Below are positions 19,200 to 23,971 of a stretch of DNA of 23,971 bases, piece after piece. The DNA comes from Deinococcales bacterium (GTDB lineage Bacteria; Deinococcota; Deinococci; Deinococcales; JAAFIG01), in contig JANNVX010000104.1 in the NCBI GenBank assembly GCA_031414595.1, positions 1 to 23,971 of the forward strand. The letters are read 5' to 3'. Every line of letters begins with the position of its first letter. Within the stretch, counting starts at the first letter, position 1. Both the position numbers and the translations under genes were made by a program. A model generated the notes under the pieces. It had not been told where the DNA came from and ran no database searches. It worked only from the letters and a program-made list of their open reading frames with translations.

Positions 19200-19238
19200 T
19201 TCTTGACCCTAAAGAAGCACCTTTCGGGCTTGGGTCGC
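19200..19238 (-). mobile_element. Mini hairpin insertion element, copy 3 (39 bp, minus strand)
   Basis: Reverse complement GCG-ACCCAA-GCCCGAAAGGTGC-TTCT-TTAGGGT-CAAGA-A, inserted in the loop of hairpin GGGAGGGT...ACCCTCCC. Confidence 0.8.
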
Positions 19239-19328
19239 TTGTACCCTCCCCGTTTCAATGTATTAGGCGAAATTTTTGCATTGAGTTTCGCAAATAACTT
19301 TAACTACAACTGACGTTAAAATAAAGCA

Positions 19329-20048
19329 GTGAAGCAACTCCATTTACAATCAGTAAACTACGAACCCCAGCCTTGGCTCGAGACGCACCCGTACAACATT
19401 CCAGCCGTGCAGCAAATACGAGACAACGGCTTAAAGTTTTCTAATCCAATCACTTTTTTTGTCGGTGAGAACGGCTCTGGTAAAACCACCGTACTCGAGA
19501 GTATTGCTGTGCGCTACAAACGCATTGGCGCAGCTACACCGTATTTGCGGCGTACAGGCACAGAACTTTCACTCGAGGATGCGCCCTTGGGTTGGAATGC
19601 GGTGCTGGGAACACCTTTAAGTGCATCACCCGAAGGATTTTTTCTTCGTGCCAGTACCTTGTCGGATTTAATCTCAGACCTTGAATCCACTCGAGCCAGA
19701 CGCTTTGAACGTGGGTACAGTTCTCGTTCGCACGGTGAGCGGTTACTGCATATCCTCAACGAACACTTTGACTCGAGCGGATTTTACTTGCTGGACGAAC
19801 CCGAAACGGCGTTATCGTTTCAATCGCAACTTGGTTTACTGGCATTACTACACAATTTGGCATCTCGTGGGGCGCAAGTGATTTGTGCCACGCACTCGCC
19901 GATATTACTTTCTTTACCGAATACCAGTATTCTCGAGTTTGGAGCTTGGGGTATTCGCCAGAGTACAGCCGACGATCTCGAGTTACTGCGTGATTGGAAA
20001 GGTTTTTTGAATGCGCCCGAGCGTTGGTTACGGAATTTACTCGAGTAG
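19329..20048 (+). CDS. Predicted ABC-fold ATPase (AAA_21/COG3910-like)
   Basis: VGENGSGKTT, SHGE signature, LLDEPETALS, CATHSP. TAAAAT 6 nt upstream of the GTG start. Confidence 0.85.
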   Translation: MKQLHLQSVNYEPQPWLETHPYNIPAVQQIRDNGLKFSNPITFFVGENGSGKTTVLESIAVRYKRIGAATPYLRRTGTELSLEDAPLGWNAVLGTPLSASPEGFFLRASTLSDLISDLESTRARRFERGYSSRSHGERLLHILNEHFDSSGFYLLDEPETALSFQSQLGLLALLHNLASRGAQVICATHSPILLSLPNTSILEFGAWGIRQSTADDLELLRDWKGFLNAPERWLRNLLE

Positions 20049-20057
20049 AATGGTTAT

Positions 20058-20249
20058 TTAATCACCAGACATTAGAGAAGTGTGATGCGAACTGACTGCA
20101 TAAATAGCTGGACGATAACGCGGTTCAGGAATTTTTAGCCCCAATTCTTCAGCAGCCTCGAGCCAAAGATTTTTAGCAATCTCGAGTTCATACAGTGCCT
20201 CGGCTGGGGATTCCCCAAATGCTGAATTTTCCACACATACCGAATACAA
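20058..20249 (-). pseudogene. hicB: 5'-truncated HicB-like antitoxin
   Basis: SAFGESPAEALYELEIAKNLWLEAAEELGLKIPEPRYRPAIY matches the C-terminal part of short HicB proteins. The usual N-terminal strands are missing and no hicA is adjacent. Confidence 0.65.
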
Positions 20250-20279
20250 CCGTTGGAGGACAACATAACAAGCATAATT

Positions 20280-20335
20280 CTCGAGCCAACAAGATTTTAG
20301 GCAGTGGCTCGAGGCAGATAAAAGCGATGGGCTTA
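20280..20335 (+). repeat. CTCGAG-bounded repeat upstream of higBA
   Basis: CTCGAGCCAACAAGATTTTAGGCAGTGGCTCGAG resembles 21340-21372; its tail resembles 22132-22165. Confidence 0.6.
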
Positions 20336-20396
20336 AGTCTGTGTAGTAGAAATGTCACACATTAAATTACTTATAGGTGATATATTTGAGGTGTGA

Positions 20397-20810
20397 ATGA
20401 ATGAGATTTGGGAAATAAGTTTTTTTGAGGATGAAAAAGGGAATGTACCTGTACGAGATTATCTCATGGCGCTCAAAACTGGTGAACAAAAACGCTTTTT
20501 AACACGCCTGATTCCACTCCAAGAAAAAGGTTTAGCCGCAGGGCGACCATACAGCGACAAACTCGAAGATAATCTGTACGAACTCAGGCTCGAGAATTCA
20601 CCACATAATCCACGTTTTCTGTATTGCACTGCGATTGGTCGGGTTTTACATTTACTGCACGGGTTTTCCAAAACAGGCAAAAACTCAGACCTTGTTCCAG
20701 AATCCGAAAAAATCATTGCCAGACGAAGACGTGACCAATTATTCAAACATCTTCAAGCACAACAAGCAGCTATAGAACAGCCACAAAAACAAGCCAAGAA
20801 AAAAAGGTGA
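20397..20810 (+). CDS. higB: Gp49/HigB-type RelE-superfamily toxin
   Basis: FFEDEKGNVPVRDYL, GRPYSDKLEDNLYELR, RFLY, LLHGFSK. Toxin-first order upstream of an HTH gene. Confidence 0.82.
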   Translation: MNEIWEISFFEDEKGNVPVRDYLMALKTGEQKRFLTRLIPLQEKGLAAGRPYSDKLEDNLYELRLENSPHNPRFLYCTAIGRVLHLLHGFSKTGKNSDLVPESEKIIARRRRDQLFKHLQAQQAAIEQPQKQAKKKR

Positions 20811-20814
20811 GAAC

Positions 20815-21333
20815 ATGAAACCAAAAAAACCATCTCCAATTGGAGCAAATACACTGAACGCGATTGAATGGTTGAATAGTATTTTGCCAGATACCCCAGA
20901 AATGCGAGCCATTGAAGAAGAAGAATGGACAAAATATAACCTCGCTATTGCTTTAATTGAGGCTCGAGAAGCGGCAGGACACACCCAAAGCACTCTGGCA
21001 GCCGAACTTGGTGTGCAACAAAGTCTGATTTCAAAATGGGAAAAAGTCCACCATAACCACACCCTCGAGACGCTGCTGCAACTTTGCAACGCCACAGGCG
21101 CAAAATTGGTCATGGGACTCGAGATAAACGACGAGCTGCACGCGATTACGCCAGCCGCCAAGCGCTGCGTTTTACTTTCAGAAACTGCTCAGCAAAAGCT
21201 CGAGGCAAAAGCTAAAAGCACGGGATTAACACCAAGGGAGACACTGCTTGCGCCATTGGTGGAGAAAGAAAAACCACCAGCCAAACACCGCGTCTCGAGC
21301 AGCCAATCAAGACTTGAAGCGCAAAGCAGATAG
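20815..21333 (+). CDS. higA: XRE/HTH antitoxin (HigA-like) with a C-terminal extension
   Basis: LIEAREAAGHTQSTLAAELGVQQSLISKWE...TLETLLQLCNATG; starts 4 nt after the toxin stop. Confidence 0.8.
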   Translation: MKPKKPSPIGANTLNAIEWLNSILPDTPEMRAIEEEEWTKYNLAIALIEAREAAGHTQSTLAAELGVQQSLISKWEKVHHNHTLETLLQLCNATGAKLVMGLEINDELHAITPAAKRCVLLSETAQQKLEAKAKSTGLTPRETLLAPLVEKEKPPAKHRVSSSQSRLEAQSR

Positions 21334-21372
21334 CCACGGCTCGAGCCTTAAGATTTCAGGCAGAGGCTCGAG
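21331..21372 (+). repeat. CTCGAG-bounded repeat downstream of higBA
   Basis: TAGCCACGGCTCGAGCCTTAAGATTTCAGGCAGAGGCTCGAG; shares AGCCACGGCTCGAG with 22126-22139. Confidence 0.6.
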
Positions 21373-21403
21373 AAAGGTGATAAACAAGTTATAATCCCAA
21401 ACA

Positions 21404-21928
21404 ATGACAATTGGAGAAGTCGAACAATGGCATCATTTTGTGTATAACGGCATAACTTATGACCTATCCCATTTGAACGCCAGCAAAGTTGTGTACACCA
21501 ATCCAAAAACCGAAACGCAATACGAATTTATAGTTACATACAGCTTTCATTGCTTTGCCAAAGACGATAATGCACTTTCGGCTGCGGAACATTCAGCACT
21601 CCTGTACATTGCACCTCGAGACTCGCGCCCATTTCATTTTGAGCGTTACGAAGACTCAAAACAGCTTCCTGAAATTATTAGGAAGCTGCACCAAGCCTAT
21701 ATTTTCGATGCTGGTTATGATGGTTGTGCAACAGTTCAGATTCTTAACGAAGCAGGTATTTTGGTGCATTACAAAATAATTTTTAAGGCATTTCGAGAGA
21801 AGAAAAAGTTTCGCCTTCACATCTCGAGCGCTCATCGGCTTACCGTGGTTGGCAAGACCAAGCGAATCAACTTTTTTACCATTGCCGAGAGTTTAGTCAA
21901 AAACAAACCATTGCCACGAAACCCATAA
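21404..21928 (+). CDS. Uncharacterised 174-aa protein, resembling the 'heat shock protein C / stationary phase growth adaptation protein' family
   Basis: Motifs YDLSHL, VTYSFHCFA, RPFHFERYEDSKQLP, LHISSAH, recognised from memory only. TATAAT at 21390-21395, 8 nt before the ATG. Confidence 0.7.
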   Translation: MTIGEVEQWHHFVYNGITYDLSHLNASKVVYTNPKTETQYEFIVTYSFHCFAKDDNALSAAEHSALLYIAPRDSRPFHFERYEDSKQLPEIIRKLHQAYIFDAGYDGCATVQILNEAGILVHYKIIFKAFREKKKFRLHISSAHRLTVVGKTKRINFFTIAESLVKNKPLPRNP

Positions 21929-22063
21929 ATAACAAAGGCTCTCTGAAGAGAGCCTTCGCCAAGGGGTTGCCTTGGTATTCGGAAAGTGTCTTTACCGGAC
22001 AAGCCTCGACCTTTGCAGGTAACGTGATGTCATGTACTTGTGGCACATGTCCGCCGCATCAAC
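21929..22063 (-). ncRNA. Candidate ~135-nt structured RNA convergent on the 21404 gene
   Basis: Own promoter, five consecutive hairpins, a terminator with a U-rich tail on the minus strand, and no plausible ORF. Confidence 0.6.
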
Positions 22064-22069
22064 AAGAAA

Positions 22070-22098
22070 AGAGTAGCGAAATTAAAAGTTTTTGTCAA
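22070..22098 (-). promoter_or_regulatory. sigma70 promoter for the candidate ncRNA
   Basis: TTGACA (22098-22093), 17 bp, TACTCT (22075-22070). Confidence 0.65.
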
Positions 22099-22119
22099 GT
22101 TTTTTGTGCCTCGCGCCGA

Positions 22120-22170
22120 GCAAACAGCCACGGCTCGAGGCACAAAATAAAGCAATGGCTCGAGGCACAC
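22120..22170 (-). repeat. Inverted relative of the 515/1246/1832 repeat, with tandem GGCTCGAGGCAC units
   Basis: GCAAACAGCCACGGCT is the reverse complement of AGCCGTGGCTGTTTGC in copy C. Confidence 0.6.
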
Positions 22171-22207
22171 CGCAGCCTTTAGGAATGCAACCAAAATGCG
22201 GGAATGG

Positions 22208-22359
22208 CAGGACAGACACGGGCGACCATGCCCGCAGGTGCGTGTTTAGCGACCCAAGCCCGCAGGTGCTGCTGTAGGGGTCAAGATTGGTCAAGAAGGG
22301 TCTGTCCCTCCAGGGTATGGAAATACGTCAGGTAGGGCGCGACCCTTGTGGTCGCCCTG
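22208..22359. repeat. Inverted REP doublet whose left REP carries two nested mini elements
   Basis: Left REP CAGGACAGACACGG[insert]GGGTCTGTCCCTCC; right REP GTAGGGCGCGACCCTTGTGGTCGCCCTG (22332-22359). Confidence 0.75.
22222..22297 (+). mobile_element. Mini hairpin insertion element, copies 4 and 5 (22249-22287 nested inside 22222-22297)
   Basis: Outer GCGACCATGCCCGCAGGTGCGTGTTTA|TGGTCAAGAA; inner GCGACCCAAGCCCGCAGGTGCTGCTGTAGGGGTCAAGAT. Confidence 0.8.
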
Positions 22360-22444
22360 TGACCGATAATAATTTTTTATGCTGCTTGATTTGATACTCG
22401 AGAACGGGATTTAGGGCGATAGGCAAATCTAACTCTATAGACGC

Positions 22445-23860
22445 TTAACGTAAAGTTATTCCATTTGTATTTATAGATGTTAAATCAGCACTGGGATGAA
22501 TAAATAATGCTTGATTACCAAATACACCAATATTTTGTGCAATATTGCCATCAAATTGGATATGGTCACTATCATGTACTGCGACAGCACTAGAGGGTGC
22601 AAATCCAAATACGCCACCTGAAAATAAAGGCGAAACATTGTTGGTTCGATAGAAACGATTATTAACGACACGGGCTCCACTGACATTAGAGATGAAGAGA
22701 CCCAAAATAGGTGCTGTTTCGATTGAATTATTTTCAATAACGATATTTTTATTGGGTCTACTTCCTAAGAATTGATTTCTTTGGTCTGCACGACTTCCTG
22801 AAATTACGGTAATAGCTCCTAATAACCACTGTCCCCAATCTCGAGAACGATTTCCAATCATAACATCGCGTAATGTATTGCCACGAATTATAATATTTTC
22901 GGCAATGTCACCTTCATAAAAATATCCTGCTTCTGGTCCAACCCAAATACCACCTTGGGTCGTGCGTTCAACAACATTATTTTCGATGCGTTGACGCGCA
23001 CTTCTCATAACAATACCACGTGCTTCAAGATCACGAAATACACAATTCTTAACAACTGCATCGGCACCTGCATGATCTGGCGAAAGCATATAATCACCAA
23101 TACGAATGCCATTTGTTGAACTAAGTGTTACCTTACCCGACTCGACTGATACGACTGTTGTCTCAAGTCTTAGACGCATAGTTGGGTCATAAACGCGAAA
23201 TCGATCATTTGCACGCCAACGCTGCTCTGGAAAAGCGGCATGGTCGCTCTGAATTGTTAAAGTTGTACCTTGTATATTTTCAATTCTGGAAAGCTCCGTA
23301 CCAATATTAATTGCATCATCTCCCGAAAATTCGGTTAAACAATCACTCACTGTTGGACCTACAGAAGTCGAAGTGCTATGTAAACCATCTGCATTTATTG
23401 ATAGCAAGCGTGGAGTATTTGCACCAGAGGGTACTTTACCCCGAGTGATTTGATAATTCAGATATGAATTACCTCCACCTGCTTCATAAATACCAGCCCC
23501 AGGGCTAGAAAACAGGGTAATATTTTCTAATCGAGTTCCAAATGAATTTTCAAGTAAAACAGCTACGCCACGATCTAGCCATTCCGAAATAACTATTCGA
23601 TCACCAACCTCAAATTTTTCAAGTCTTCCATCTAAAGCGTTATACTTAACTCGAGCCAGTCTATTAGTAATCTGGATGTTTTCTGGTGTGGTAAAGACAT
23701 CTACTCCAAAACGTTTAAAATATCCAAATCGGTCAAAAGTATGTATTCTTGGGTTTTTTTCAATAAAATACGATTTATCTGTTGGATAACCAGTATCAAT
23801 TTGCATTTCAAATCCAGTATTATCTGACTCAACTTGGAAAGAGTACACTTTCGTGGACAT
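22445..23860 (-). pseudogene. Right-handed parallel beta-helix protein (GH110-like carbohydrate-active enzyme), 5'-truncated by an IS
   Basis: Repeated I(I/V)xNNx(I/F) turns plus LLSINADGLHS and GDDAINIG motifs. The ORF-track N-terminus (23861-23944) is antisense IS3 sequence. Confidence 0.65.
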
Positions 23861-23971
23861 GAAGGTCGGTTTCAAAATGAAATCGGAGACTATGATGTCA
23901 AAGCAAATGAAAACATATACCCTAGAATTTAAGCAACAAGCCATAAAGCTCGCCCAGCAAGAGGGAATGAG
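23860..23971 (+). mobile_element. Left end of an IS3-family element with the start of transposase OrfA (partial)
   Basis: A TG-starting end at 23860, GGAG SD, then MMSKQMKTYTLEFKQQAIKLAQQEGM from 23892, matching the YxxEFKxxA(V/I)xL HTH_Tnp_1 start. Runs off the window. Confidence 0.8.

Noticed and set aside
20246-20270. CAACCGTTGGGAGACAAC near the hicB truncation as an attC/attI-like core
   Set aside because: Imperfect GTTRRRY match and no complementary partner site.
1957-21161. Numerous 60-210 aa ORFs overlapping recN, typA, sat, SPFH, the R-M gene and higA
   Set aside because: Antisense or alternate-frame shadows of well-supported genes, with no motifs or start signals.
22222-22297. Tandem GCCCGCAGGTGC units as a mini CRISPR array
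   Set aside because: Only two units, no unique spacers and no cas genes. One element nested in another explains it fully.
23861-23944. N-terminus MACCLNSRVY... of the 499-aa ORF
   Set aside because: It is antisense to the IS3 left end and orfA.

Overview
Bacterial chromosomal window, probably Deinococcota (Deinococcales-like), judged from protein styles and many leaderless TANNNT-N5/6-start promoters. Core genes are recN, typA, dgt, a TMEM175-type K+ channel, a cysC-cysH-sat-TSUP sulfate operon, an FAD-linked oxidoreductase, and an SPFH/zinc-ribbon gene pair. Accessory content is several type II TA modules (two intact, three damaged), a 1272-aa fused type IIG-like R-M enzyme, an ABC-fold ATPase, MITE/REP nests, and a beta-helix gene truncated by an IS3 element. 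Four signals stand out. (1) The palindrome CTCGAG occurs about 137 times by hand count, against about 5-6 expected, like a HIP. (2) A 37-39 bp hairpin insertion element with no target-site duplication occurs in five copies; one sits in-frame in a toxin gene and one sits inside another copy. (3) A ~135-nt structured RNA candidate with its own promoter and terminator converges on an uncharacterised 174-aa gene. (4) CTCGAG-bounded short repeats delimit the TA modules like cassettes. All counts and alignments were done by eye.
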